Of a stretch of 32,000 nt of DNA, positions 1 through 7,611 are shown piece after piece. The notes under the pieces were generated by a model. It searched no databases and was not told the origin of the DNA. It was given only the letters and a program-made list of their open reading frames with translations. Source of the DNA: a virus; the IMG/VR virus record IMGVR_UViG_3300045988_184088, positions 1 to 32,000 of that record. The stretch is one strand, 5' to 3'. The position numbers were made by a program, and so were the translations under genes. The stretch's first letter is position 1. The number at the start of each line of letters is the position of its first letter.

Positions 1-248
1 CGGGGAATTCGACACATTCCTCGTTAGAGAGCTGCCTCGCAAGAGGTGAAACTCCACAGGAGGATGCACTTAAAAAGCTGGGAACGCAGAAAAGTATGTT
101 GGTCAACCATTTTGGCTGGACGCTCATTGACAACTACACCCGTAGCTGTTGGTGAGAAACCGCATAACTCGCTGCCTTGTATGCGGCATGGTGATAAGCC
201 TTGCCACCGCCACCCAGGAATCCCACGATTTCAATCGTGGGAGGTGTC
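1..248 (+). ncRNA. 3' end of an IS200/IS605-type tnpB element: reRNA/omegaRNA-like region and right-end hairpin; tnpB would lie outside the window
   Basis: Non-coding structured sequence ending in a perfect hairpin CCCACGAT-TTCA-ATCGTGGG followed by AGGTGTC, typical of TnpB element right ends; the downstream ORF appears to be a truncated host gene. Confidence 0.55.
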
Positions 249-401
249 AAAAAAACAAGCTCAGAGGAAGAAGCTCTGCAACAGCTACAAAAGCACACGG
301 TGAACTATGCACAACGTATCACTGTATATAAGAAAGACGGCAAAACCGTAAAACGAGAAGTCGCTGAGTACGACCAGTGGGAAAAGAAGTGGATGAGTTA
401 A
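249..401 (+). pseudogene. C-terminal remnant of a gene apparently interrupted by the upstream element
   Basis: Frame reads KKTSSEEEALQQLQKHTVNYAQRITVYKKDGKTVKREVAEYDQWEKKWMS*; the only upstream ATG (201) lies inside the transposon end. Confidence 0.45.
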
Positions 402-403
402 TC

Positions 404-880
404 ATGAAGCACAAAATCTCGGAAACCGGCGCTCGGATGCTTAAATATCAAGAGCAGCTTGCCGACGAATACAAGTACAAGCCCATCCCACGTACCTTTT
501 TCAAGGATGTGCGGGCAGAATTTGAAGAAACTTTGCCGGAATGGTGCAATATGTCCGGCGATACGACCAAACTCGAAACCAGAAGCGGCACGGTCATTGC
601 CAGCGGGTATAACCGAATCGTGATTGGCGACTACGGCGCATTCGTTGAGTTTTCGCGTGCCCAAGCAAATGCACGTCATTTGAAAATCAAAGAGGGGCAG
701 AGCTATCGTATCGAAGACCCGCGCTATGCCGAACATGTGAAATATCTTTGGCTCACAGCGGACGATAACTCTGACGTGAAAGTATACGACCAAAAACGCT
801 CGGTTGAGTACGCTGACTACAAGCCGGGGATGCTGTATGTCAGCGTGTACGAGGTGTTTCCGGCAGGAGAAGGTCGCTGA
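404..880 (+). CDS. hypothetical protein
   Basis: ORF MKHKISETGARMLKYQEQ...; start placed at ATG 404, just after the previous stop. Confidence 0.75.
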   Translation: MKHKISETGARMLKYQEQLADEYKYKPIPRTFFKDVRAEFEETLPEWCNMSGDTTKLETRSGTVIASGYNRIVIGDYGAFVEFSRAQANARHLKIKEGQSYRIEDPRYAEHVKYLWLTADDNSDVKVYDQKRSVEYADYKPGMLYVSVYEVFPAGEGR

Positions 881-1103
881 AAAGAAAGCCGAACCACGGG
901 ACGAATGGGGACAGGGCGATTCCATTGCCGACCTGTACGCGAAAAGTGGCGCTGTGGTTTCCATGGTAGGTTCGGCTAAAAATTTGCTGACTTTCCTGCA
1001 ATCTGCCGGAACCACAAGACATTTGTGATGCGCTTGCCCCAACCACAAGATATAGTGGTATCTTAATGTTTGTTTACAATTTGTACACTATATATTGTGT
1101 CTT

Positions 1104-1137
1104 TTCGTTGACCGGATACCACATATATGGTATAATA
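1104..1137 (+). promoter_or_regulatory. sigma70-like promoter upstream of tRNA/ribozyme cluster
   Basis: TTGACC - 17 nt - TATAAT. Confidence 0.6.
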
Positions 1138-1297
1138 CAATTGTTCTCAGGAAGAGGAACGGCTCCTGAGACATCAAGGTTTTCCTTTCCCCAATCTTGG
1201 TCGCATGGCTTCATTTGAGCTGACACAGGTGAAGCGTGAAAATCATCCGTTTCATAGTAATACCCTTCCTTTCTTTGGCGTGGGTAACTCCGCGCCA

Positions 1298-1378
1298 GCC
1301 GTCCAAGCAAACAGCCTCCACGCGGCGGACGGTGGACAACAGATGTTTCCGTGTTCCGGGCATCTGGCTAATGTTTGT
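1298..1378 (+). ncRNA. HDV-like (theta-type) self-cleaving ribozyme, copy 1
   Basis: P1 GCCGTCC/GGACGGT; P2 GCAAACA/TGTTTGT; P3/L3 GCC-TCCACGC-GGC; GG ACAAC; P4 AGATG...CATCT; J4/2 GGCTAA. Order matches the HDV nested double pseudoknot. Confidence 0.85.
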
Positions 1379-1383
1379 ATTTG

Positions 1384-1459
1384 CTGGTTTAGCTCAGCTG
1401 GTAGAGCAACTGATTTGTAATCAGTCGGTCATCGGTTCAAGTCCGATTTCCAGCTCCAG
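1384..1459 (+). tRNA. tRNA-Thr(TGT)
   Basis: Cloverleaf by eye, anticodon loop TTTGTAA in stem ACTGA/TCAGT, T arm ATCGG-TTCAAGT-CCGAT, encoded CCA; acceptor pairs 6-7 are mismatched. Confidence 0.9.
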
Positions 1460-1526
1460 ACGCTATCCGTTGGATGTATCGAAGTCACATGATACGATGC
1501 TATACACAACATCTGGCGGACAGCAT

Positions 1527-1599
1527 GCCACCCATTAAGACGGCCTCCTCGTGGCGGGTGGCGGACAGCGGCTCTTGCGGCTGCTGACGAATGTCTTAG
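1527..1599 (+). ncRNA. HDV-like (theta-type) self-cleaving ribozyme, copy 2
   Basis: P1 GCCACCC/GGGTGGC; P2 TTAAGAC/GTCTTAG; P3/L3 GCC-TCCTCGT-GGC; GG ACAG; P4 AGCGGC-TCTT-GCGGCT; J4/2 GACGAAT (HDV has GGCGAAT). Confidence 0.85.
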
Positions 1600-1725
1600 T
1601 CACGAATAAGACCGGAAAACGGTGAAGAGGGTACAATACAGAATCTATCGGCGTGGCTGCCGAATGGTGCTGGATGCGAGTTGGCTTCTCGCTCAAGGGG
1701 TGACCAGCATAAAACACCCTATCGT

Positions 1726-1801
1726 GCTCGATTAGCTCAGTTGGTAGAGCAGCGCATTCGTAACGCGCAGGTCGGCAGTTCGAACCTGCCATCAAGCCCC
1801 A
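1726..1801 (+). tRNA. tRNA-Thr(CGT)
   Basis: Cloverleaf, loop TTCGTAA, T arm GGCAG-TTCGAAC-CTGCC, CCA end. Confidence 0.88.
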
Positions 1802-1830
1802 TCACCAAATTAAGCGATAATAGGAAGGAG

Positions 1831-2223
1831 ATGAATTCTATGGAACAGGCAATTATCAATGTTGAAGGTACGACTACCATAGAAACCGCTGCAGCAGCAA
1901 AAAAGCTGATTGAAATGTTTGGCAACCGGAACATCCGCGCCATCGCTGTCAACCGTGTAAACGACAAGAGCGACGAGGTCATTGTTGAGCTCGATTTCGT
2001 ACCGGGTTTGGCACCGCATCTGCACGGCTTCACGCTTCAGGTTAATGGCTTGACATGTGGTTATGCTGGTACTGGTCCTTCCAATCTGTATGAAGTCCTG
2101 CAGGCGGCTGGCGTGAGTGAAGCTCAGGTAGCACGCGAGGACATCACTCAGAAGAGCACAAAAACCATTCCTCTGCGCCTGGAACGCGCCGTGACTCAGT
2201 ACGGCGACTTCCAGTTTGCGTAA
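1831..2223 (+). CDS. hypothetical protein
   Basis: ORF MNSMEQAIINVEGTTTIETAAAAKK... with RBS AGGAAGGAG upstream. Confidence 0.8.
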   Translation: MNSMEQAIINVEGTTTIETAAAAKKLIEMFGNRNIRAIAVNRVNDKSDEVIVELDFVPGLAPHLHGFTLQVNGLTCGYAGTGPSNLYEVLQAAGVSEAQVAREDITQKSTKTIPLRLERAVTQYGDFQFA

Positions 2224-2253
2224 CGCTATTTGGCGGGCTTGACCCGCCATCAT

Positions 2254-2329
2254 GGAGGGATAGCTTAGCTGGATAAAGCACCTGCCGCAAAGCAGGGTAT
2301 CGATGGTTCGAGGCCATCTCCCTTCTCCA
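2254..2329 (+). tRNA. tRNA, probably Cys(GCA); irregular anticodon arm
   Basis: Good acceptor (GGAGGGA/TCCCTTC), T arm GATGG-TTCGAGG-CCATC and CCA end; anticodon arm CCTGC-CGCAAA-GCAGG leaves a 6-nt loop. Confidence 0.7.
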
Positions 2330-2553
2330 TCCAGACAGCCTTTCGCTTCCTTTCGCCAAAGGTATCTGGGGTATTGTACTGCATTGCGTGTAGTACGGCC
2401 AATCAGGCGCGGAACTCCGAAACCATACCACGAAGAATTTTATCCTCTCCGCGCAGCATGGACATGCGATTTTACGGGGATAAATTCAAACCGAAATTGT
2501 GTCGGGTGGCGAAGACGGTTGCGGCACTGGCGAAGCACATATCTGCTTCGTCA

Positions 2554-2615
2554 ACCATCCATGAGAAAGCCTCCACGCGGCGGATGGTGGGCAACGCAGC
2601 AAAGCTGCGGCTGAT
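2554..2615 (+). ncRNA. HDV-like (theta-type) self-cleaving ribozyme, copy 3
   Basis: P1 ACCATCC/GGATGGT; P3/L3 GCC-TCCACGC-GGC; GG GCAAC exactly as in HDV; P4 GCAGC-AAA-GCTGC; J4/2 GGCTGA; P2 GAGAAA/TTTCTT. Confidence 0.85.
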
Positions 2616-2688
2616 TTCTTTCAAACCGGTATCTGAATAAATGCAGATAAATAGACGAAAAAATCAAAAAAGCAAAGGAGTACACAGC

Positions 2689-3771
2689 ATGAGTAATCAG
2701 AAAATCATCAAAGCAATCGCAGGGATTGCAGCAGCCGGTATGATGGCAACTTGTCTGCCTGTCGCAGCATTCGCAGCAACCGGCGACACCTATCATTTCT
2801 CTTTCAGCAACGGTTCTTCCCAGGACCTGGCTCCGGGCGGCTCTATGACGTTCCCGGCAAGCCAGTATGACTACGGTTACTGGATTACCCTGCAGGGCCA
2901 CGGCGGCTACACCTACAACTACTATCCCGGCGACACTCTGCCGTACGATGCAGTTGACCAGTGGTTCACCGCTGACGGCATCACTTCCTGCTATGCGGCC
3001 GAAGGTAATCCGCGTTCCATCACCATCAACTATCAGATTGACGGCAACACTGTGCTGACCGAAACTGACACCGCCACTTTCCCCGGCAGCGTTGATGGTC
3101 AGAGCGTTGAAGCCTGGACCACGGATTCCGGTGATACTTACACCGCGTCCAGCAAGAGCCTGAACCATGACCGCCTGTTCTACTTCCTGGGCGATGACAT
3201 TCACGACAATGTCCTGACCCTGAAAGCCACTACTGCATCCACTCCCGATGACGGCAAGGATGACAACAAGGGCGACAATACCGGCGACAGCGGCACCACC
3301 ACTCCCGATGACAAGGGCGACGTAGTGGCCCCCGATAAGGACAACACCGGTAAGGACAACACTTCTACCGGCTCCAACAAGGGCAACGGTACTACCACCA
3401 CTACTCCGACCGCTCCTCGCAAGAACGTTGAAGTCTCTGAGCACGGTGAAATTGCCGCCGCTATTGCCAATGGCACCTGGGGCAATGAGTACACCGTCTG
3501 CACCAGCTGTGGCTATCACAACTGGACCCGCAAGGGTAACGTTTACGTCTGTGACCATTGTGGTCACGAAGTCCTGACTGTCAAGGGCGCTGATGGCGTC
3601 AAGGGTTATGCTGGCACTCTGGCTGGCAATGAACCCCAGTACGCTTCTACCTCTGAAGCTCAGGCTGCTGCTGAAAAGCGTGAAGCCGCTTATGCCGCTT
3701 CCATCGCTGCTCTGCAGGCACAGGTTGCCGCTCGTGAAGCTGCTTATGCCGCTTCCCTGGGCATCCACTAA
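2689..3771 (+). CDS. secreted protein with signal peptide and zinc-ribbon-like CxxC...CxxC segment
   Basis: N-terminus MSNQKIIKAIAGIAAAGMMATCLPVAAFAA; Thr/Asp/Pro-rich linker; CTSCGYHNWTRKGNVYVCDHCGHE; C-terminal REAAYAAS repeats. Confidence 0.85.
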   Translation: MSNQKIIKAIAGIAAAGMMATCLPVAAFAATGDTYHFSFSNGSSQDLAPGGSMTFPASQYDYGYWITLQGHGGYTYNYYPGDTLPYDAVDQWFTADGITSCYAAEGNPRSITINYQIDGNTVLTETDTATFPGSVDGQSVEAWTTDSGDTYTASSKSLNHDRLFYFLGDDIHDNVLTLKATTASTPDDGKDDNKGDNTGDSGTTTPDDKGDVVAPDKDNTGKDNTSTGSNKGNGTTTTTPTAPRKNVEVSEHGEIAAAIANGTWGNEYTVCTSCGYHNWTRKGNVYVCDHCGHEVLTVKGADGVKGYAGTLAGNEPQYASTSEAQAAAEKREAAYAASIAALQAQVAAREAAYAASLGIH

Positions 3772-3854
3772 TTTGCCATCCTCTAACTAACGGTAATCGA
3801 TAGTTTTTTCTCCTTGCTGTGGGGCGGGATTTCGGTCCCGCCCCATCCTTTTAT

Positions 3855-3943
3855 GGTCAGATGTCCGAGTGGTTTAAGGAACTGGTCTTGAAAACCAGCG
3901 GCGCCGCAAACGTCCGTGGGTTCGAATCCCACTCTGGCCGCCA
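3855..3943 (+). tRNA. tRNA-Ser(TGA)
   Basis: Class II tRNA, stem CTGGT/ACCAG with loop CTTGAAA, CCA encoded. Confidence 0.93.
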
Positions 3944-3944
3944 T

Positions 3945-3974
3945 GCTTGCCGGGGCTTCCCGGCTTTTTTGTTT
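3945..3974 (+). terminator. rho-independent terminator
   Basis: GCCGGGGCTTCCCGGC followed by TTTTTTG. Confidence 0.75.
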
Positions 3975-4056
3975 TTGTGAGCAACACAAGGCAACAGATT
4001 GCTATATCGAATAGTGTTATGTATACTAGAGAAAAAGCAGATTAAGAGGAAACGCC

Positions 4057-4761
4057 ATGACAAAACAGTCTGACATTGAGATGGTTGCCAAAGCCAGAGC
4101 TTGGGCTGTTAAGGCTCATGCCGGGCAAAAAGACAAGGCGGGGAAGGATTACTTCAAAGCGCACGTTACGGTTGTAGCAGAAGGCGTAAAAGGTGACCCA
4201 ATAGCCGAGGCTGTGGCATTTCTGCATGATACGGTCGAAGATACGTCCGTCACAATAGAAGACATCAGAACGGGGTTTCCAAAAGAGGTTGCTGACACTG
4301 TGAGTACGTTGACCCATAGCAAGGGTATATCGTATGCTGAATATCTTTGGTATATTCAGCAAAATTCTATTGCTGTCAAAGTAAAGCTCTCGGACCTGCG
4401 CAGCAATATGGACTTAACCAGGCTCCCTCACACTCCAACTGAAAGGGACTTGGAAAGAACCAGAAAATACAAGCGGGCATATACGATACTGTCATCGAGA
4501 GAAGGCATAAGCGCAGTTAATCCGTATGCACTGTATGACTACTTGCTGGCAAACAACTGGAGCGTCAAAAGGAAAAGCACGAGGACTCCCGTTCTGGAAA
4601 CAACGAATGGTTCTGCTGAAATCAAGGTGCCCATCGACCTGGCTATGGCTGACTATGAGTCCAGGATGGCTGAGGCTTTAAGCGAGTTGTGTTCGTGTGA
4701 GGGCATACCGTTCTCGAATGCAATAGCGCGGATTGTGGCTTGGAAGCCAGACAAACAATAA
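4057..4761 (+). CDS. HD-domain protein of the RelA/SpoT (ppGpp hydrolase-like) type
   Basis: MTKQSDIEMVAKARAWAVKAHAGQKDKAGKDYFKAHV...VAFLHDTVEDT...VKLSDLRSNM motifs. Confidence 0.8.
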   Translation: MTKQSDIEMVAKARAWAVKAHAGQKDKAGKDYFKAHVTVVAEGVKGDPIAEAVAFLHDTVEDTSVTIEDIRTGFPKEVADTVSTLTHSKGISYAEYLWYIQQNSIAVKVKLSDLRSNMDLTRLPHTPTERDLERTRKYKRAYTILSSREGISAVNPYALYDYLLANNWSVKRKSTRTPVLETTNGSAEIKVPIDLAMADYESRMAEALSELCSCEGIPFSNAIARIVAWKPDKQ

Positions 4762-4793
4762 GCGTGGGCCTGCTATTATTTTTATGAAAAGCC

Positions 4794-4822
4794 TTGACTT
4801 TGTATTCTACACATTGTATAAT
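4794..4822 (+). promoter_or_regulatory. sigma70-like promoter
   Basis: TTGACT - 17 nt - TATAAT upstream of small ORF 4858. Confidence 0.6.
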
Positions 4823-4857
4823 ATAGACACTGAATTTGATGAAAGGAAAATTGCACG

Positions 4858-4977
4858 ATGTTTGCTGCTATGATGAACAAACAGAATAAATTGCAAAAGC
4901 TGTGGAGCAATTGGAATCTCTTCGGCTGTTTTGTGTTGTCTGTTTGTGCAAATCATAGTGCAGTGATGGTTGAATAA
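4858..4977 (+). CDS. small hypothetical protein (39 aa)
   Basis: RBS GAAAGGAAAA then ATG; MFAAMMNKQNKLQKLWSNWNLFGCFVLSVCANHSAVMVE*; preceded by a good promoter and followed by a terminator-like hairpin. Confidence 0.45.
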   Translation: MFAAMMNKQNKLQKLWSNWNLFGCFVLSVCANHSAVMVE

Positions 4978-5154
4978 AATCATCGAAGTATCGGTTGTTT
5001 TCCATACTCTGCACGATATGAGCACCTGTCAGACGCACAACGCCTGATGGGTGCTTTTTTGATGCAGAAAATCAGAATCAGGTCACTCTAATGCCGCTGG
5101 AGTGAATTCCAGCCAGGCTTATTAAAGTGTATGCTATTATACATAATGTATATT

Positions 5155-5228
5155 CGAGGATTCGCCAAACGGTAAGGCATCAGGCTTTGACCCTGACAAC
5201 GGTTGTTCGACTCGACCATTCTCGGCCA
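5155..5228 (+). tRNA. tRNA-Gln(TTG)
   Basis: Acceptor CGAGGAT/ATTCTCG, anticodon arm TCAGG-CTTTGAC-CCTGA, T arm GGTTG-TTCGACT-CGACC, CCA end. Confidence 0.85.
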
Positions 5229-5308
5229 ACGCTCATTTTCATGCGCATCGGAAGTGAGATTCCTCAAAGCTGTGTTCCCATAAGCAAGGCACGGAAGATG
5301 CGCGACAA

Positions 5309-5384
5309 GTGCTCGTAACTCAATCGGTAGAGTACCCGACTTTTAATCGGGGTGTTCGGGATTCGATTTCCCGCGAGCGCACCA
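5309..5384 (+). tRNA. tRNA-Lys(TTT)
   Basis: CCCGA-CTTTTAA-TCGGG anticodon arm; acceptor GTGCTCG/CGAGCGC; CCA. Confidence 0.93.
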
Positions 5385-5415
5385 TGCCCGGCAGAGCATT
5401 ATCTGCCACTTTTGT

Positions 5416-5491
5416 GGGTGTATAGCTCAGTAGGCAGAGCGGCGGACCGTTAATCCGTTTGTCGCAGGTTCAAATCCTGCTACGCCCGCCA
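5416..5491 (+). tRNA. tRNA-Asn(GTT), C33 variant
   Basis: GCGGA-CCGTTAA-TCCGT anticodon arm; acceptor GGGTGTA/TACGCCC; CCA. Confidence 0.9.
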
Positions 5492-5494
5492 TAA

Positions 5495-5572
5495 GCTCCT
5501 CTGGTGAAATTGGCAGACACAGTGCGCTCAAACCGCACCGTTTTGAGGGTTCGAATCCCTCGGGGAGTACCA
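5495..5572 (+). tRNA. tRNA-Leu(CAA) with short variable arm
   Basis: GTGCG-CTCAAAC-CGCAC; T arm GAGGG-TTCGAAT-CCCTC; CCA. Confidence 0.85.
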
Positions 5573-5601
5573 TGTCCGGCAGTACAACAACTGCCATTTA
5601 T

Positions 5602-5677
5602 GGGTTGTTAGCTCAGCTGGTAGAGCAACGGACCGTTAATCCGTGGGCCGCAGGTTCAAACCCTGTACAACCCGCCA
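5602..5677 (+). tRNA. tRNA-Asn(GTT), second copy, C33 variant
   Basis: ACGGA-CCGTTAA-TCCGT anticodon arm; acceptor GGGTTGT/ACAACCC; CCA. Confidence 0.9.
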
Positions 5678-5680
5678 TAT

Positions 5681-5755
5681 GCTCCAGTGGCGAAACTGGC
5701 AAACGCGGCGGCTTTAAGTCCCGTTTTACTCTGGGTTCGACTCCCAGCTGGAGTA
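5681..5755 (+). tRNA. tRNA-Leu(TAA) with short variable arm, no encoded CCA
   Basis: Acceptor GCTCCAG/CTGGAGT, T arm CTGGG-TTCGACT-CCCAG; anticodon TAA; stem pair 31-39 mismatched. Confidence 0.75.
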
Positions 5756-5762
5756 TCTATAT

Positions 5763-5838
5763 AGGGGTGTAGCTCAAGTGGTAGAGCAGCGGTCTCCAAA
5801 ACCGCTTGTTGCATGTTCGAGTCGTGTTACCCCTGCCA
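5763..5838 (+). tRNA. tRNA-Trp(CCA)
   Basis: GCGGT-CTCCAAA-ACCGC; acceptor AGGGGTG/TACCCCT; CCA. Confidence 0.9.
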
Positions 5839-5844
5839 CAATAA

Positions 5845-5882
5845 GAAAAGCCGTCCTCACATAAGAGGCGGCTTTTTGTTTT
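5845..5882 (+). terminator. rho-independent terminator after tRNA block
   Basis: AAAGCCGTCCTCACATAAGAGGCGGCTTTTTG. Confidence 0.7.
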
Positions 5883-6208
5883 GGAGAGTATACAGACCAA
5901 AAAACTAAACCACAAGTTGATTGCAGATGTGCAAAAACATGGTATAATAATATCAGAACGAAACGAAAGGAGATACCCCAAAATGCTGTGCAACACTGTT
6001 AATGTCATGTCGTATGAGTATAGTTACGAATATACTGAGTTCATGTCCTTTGAACGCAGTTTTATTTCTCATACTCCTCGACAGGCAAAAACAGACCATG
6101 TACAGATGCGGTGCGTCTTCTAAGCGATAACTGCATGTCATAGCTGCTTGTCGAGATTTCGGCAGGCAGCTTTTTTGTTGCCTGCAATACAGAAAGGCAG
6201 CAAGAAAA

Positions 6209-6430
6209 ATGAACGTTCCTACTATTGATATCCAGCAGACAGGTGCCAACATTAAGACACTGCGAAAGGCAGCAGGTATCAAGGTGAAAGATGTGGCAGA
6301 TACACTCGGCGTATCCACGCAGGCAGTTGCCAAATGGCAAGCTGGAACAGCGCTCCCCACCATCGACAACCTTGTGATATTGGCAGCGATGCTGGATACC
6401 AAGATAGATGACATCCTTGTCATCGCATAA
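6209..6430 (+). CDS. XRE-family helix-turn-helix regulator
   Basis: GANIKTLRKAAGIKVKDVADTLGVSTQAVAKWQAGTALPTIDNLVILAAMLDTKIDDIL; promoter TTGCAG-16-TATAAT upstream. Confidence 0.85.
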   Translation: MNVPTIDIQQTGANIKTLRKAAGIKVKDVADTLGVSTQAVAKWQAGTALPTIDNLVILAAMLDTKIDDILVIA

Positions 6431-6459
6431 ACCCTCGCCGCAGGATTGCGGCTTTATAT

Positions 6460-6539
6460 GGCCCGTTGGACGAATTGGTAGAGTTGCCGCCCTTTCACGG
6501 CGGAGATTATTGTGGGTTCGAAACCCACACGGGTCACCA
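6460..6539 (+). tRNA. tRNA-Glu(TTC)
   Basis: CCGCC-CTTTCAC-GGCGG; T arm GTGGG-TTCGAAA-CCCAC; CCA. Confidence 0.9.
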
Positions 6540-6542
6540 TAT

Positions 6543-6618
6543 GCTTCTGTAGCTCAGTTGGTAGAGCAGTGGTCTGAAGAACCGCGTGCAGTTGGTTCAA
6601 TTCCAACCGGAAGCACCA
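6543..6618 (+). tRNA. tRNA-Phe(GAA)
   Basis: GTGGT-CTGAAGA-ACCGC; acceptor GCTTCTG/CGGAAGC; CCA. Confidence 0.9.
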
Positions 6619-6621
6619 CAT

Positions 6622-6706
6622 GTGTCGGTATGCAAGTGGATAAAGCAGGCAGTCTGTAAAACTGTTCCGTTACGGTTCGCTGGTTCGAATCCAGCCCGGC
6701 ACACCA
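6622..6706 (+). tRNA. tRNA-Tyr(GTA)
   Basis: Class II; GCAGT-CTGTAAA-ACTGT; acceptor GTGTCGG/CCGGCAC; CCA. Confidence 0.92.
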
Positions 6707-6709
6707 TAA

Positions 6710-6783
6710 GGCCCCTTCGACAAGTTGGTCCAAGTCGCCAGCCTCTCAAGCTGGAGTCGGCAGTTCGAGTCTGCCAGGGGTCA
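6710..6783 (+). tRNA. tRNA-Glu(CTC), no encoded CCA
   Basis: CCAGC-CTCTCAA-GCTGG; T arm GGCAG-TTCGAGT-CTGCC; acceptor GGCCCCT/AGGGGTC. Confidence 0.85.
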
Positions 6784-6814
6784 TACAAGCACCTATGTCA
6801 AAAAGGTGCATCAT

Positions 6815-6904
6815 GCAGAGGTCGCCTAACGGTAGGGCAGCAGCTTGCTAAGCTGCCGTCGCGGAAATCGCGGCATGTGAGTTCGAATCTCACCCTCTGC
6901 GCCA
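6815..6904 (+). tRNA. tRNA-Ser(GCT)
   Basis: Class II; GCAGC-TTGCTAA-GCTGC; acceptor GCAGAGG/CCTCTGC; CCA. Confidence 0.92.
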
Positions 6905-6911
6905 TCTGCTT

Positions 6912-6995
6912 GCTTGTTCGAGTGGTTGATGAAATCGGTCCAGAAAACCGACGATGGGAGACTGTCCGAAGGTTCGAATCCTTCAGCAAGCGCCA
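6912..6995 (+). tRNA. tRNA-Ser(AGA)-like, C33 variant
   Basis: Class II length; TCGGT-CCAGAAA-ACCGA; T arm GAAGG-TTCGAAT-CCTTC; CCA. Confidence 0.75.
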
Positions 6996-7354
6996 CTGCC
7001 CTCATTCTGTGCGGTATCCGTGCAGGTGAGGGCTTTTTCTTTTGCTTTTCGCTTCGAATTTCGGACTCGAATGGCGTTAATGGTCGGATATTCTTGATTA
7101 TACATGCCTTTGCTGTATGGCAAATAGCTCCAAACAGTATTGGTTTTTACACCCAATTCTTCTGCAATTTCAGGAACTGACATACCGTTCGCACGCAGCT
7201 TCCCGATTTTTTCTGATGTTTCATCTGACCAGGCCCCGGCCGTAATCAGTATTTTGCGCACTTTCTGCAATGAAATGCCTGCACGTTTGGCAATGGTTCT
7301 TCTAGGTATACCTTGCTCATGGAGCCGGAGAACCGTCTGCATTGTCGCGTCCAT
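6983..7354 (-). CDS. helix-turn-helix DNA-binding protein
   Basis: MDATMQTVLRLHEQGIPRRTIAKRAGISLQKVRKILITAG...LRANGMSVPEIAEELGVKTNTVWSYL: two HTH segments. Confidence 0.75.
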   Translation of the reverse strand: MDATMQTVLRLHEQGIPRRTIAKRAGISLQKVRKILITAGAWSDETSEKIGKLRANGMSVPEIAEELGVKTNTVWSYLPYSKGMYNQEYPTINAIRVRNSKRKAKEKALTCTDTAQNEGSGAC

Positions 7355-7496
7355 CTTATCAGTACCTCGCCGTTATCGATTTTTGTATTGCCCTAATTGT
7401 CGTACTTTAATCATACAGCAAAGCAACAAAATTGTCCAGGAAGCAAAAGTGCCTTCATTTGCCACTAATTCATCTATGAAATTTGAAGGCAGAGTA

Positions 7497-7527
7497 CCCC
7501 GTCTATAGCCGTTGGGCTTAGGCGGGG
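7497..7527 (-). repeat. CCTAA/TATAGACGG hairpin motif, copy 1 (antisense orientation)
   Basis: Minus strand CCCCGCCTAAGCCCAACGGCTATAGACGGGG, same architecture as the 5' hairpin upstream of iscB. Confidence 0.6.
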
Positions 7528-7582
7528 GAGAATGTCAATTGCAAAAGAATGTGTATAAACTGTTACCATTTAACGCTTTCCG

Positions 7583-7611
7583 TTGTGAGAAATTGCGAAT
7601 CGCGGTATAAT
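7583..7611 (+). promoter_or_regulatory. promoter of ORF 7644
   Basis: TTGTGA-17-TATAAT with TTGCGAA in the spacer. Confidence 0.55.

Noticed and set aside
46-331. Small plus-strand ORFs (46..303, 149..331)
   Set aside because: Fall within the structured transposon-end RNA; no RBS or protein-like composition.
2303-2640. ORFs 2303..2614 and 2374..2640
   Set aside because: Overlap a tRNA gene and the third HDV-like ribozyme; no coding signal.
2551-3768. Long minus-strand ORF (405 aa)
   Set aside because: Antisense to the secreted protein gene with signal peptide; Gly/Val/Ala-rich shadow composition.
5155-6995. Search for a CTA (amber suppressor) tRNA in the cluster
   Set aside because: Anticodons read by eye are TTG, TTT, GTT, CAA, GTT, TAA, CCA, TTC, GAA, GTA, CTC, GCT and AGA; no CTA tRNA seen, so recoding is not proven from this window.
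7497-7527. Interpreting the motif simply as a transcription terminator
   Set aside because: Stem present but no T-run, and the conserved internal-loop bases recur in the iscB leader, which a generic terminator would not explain.
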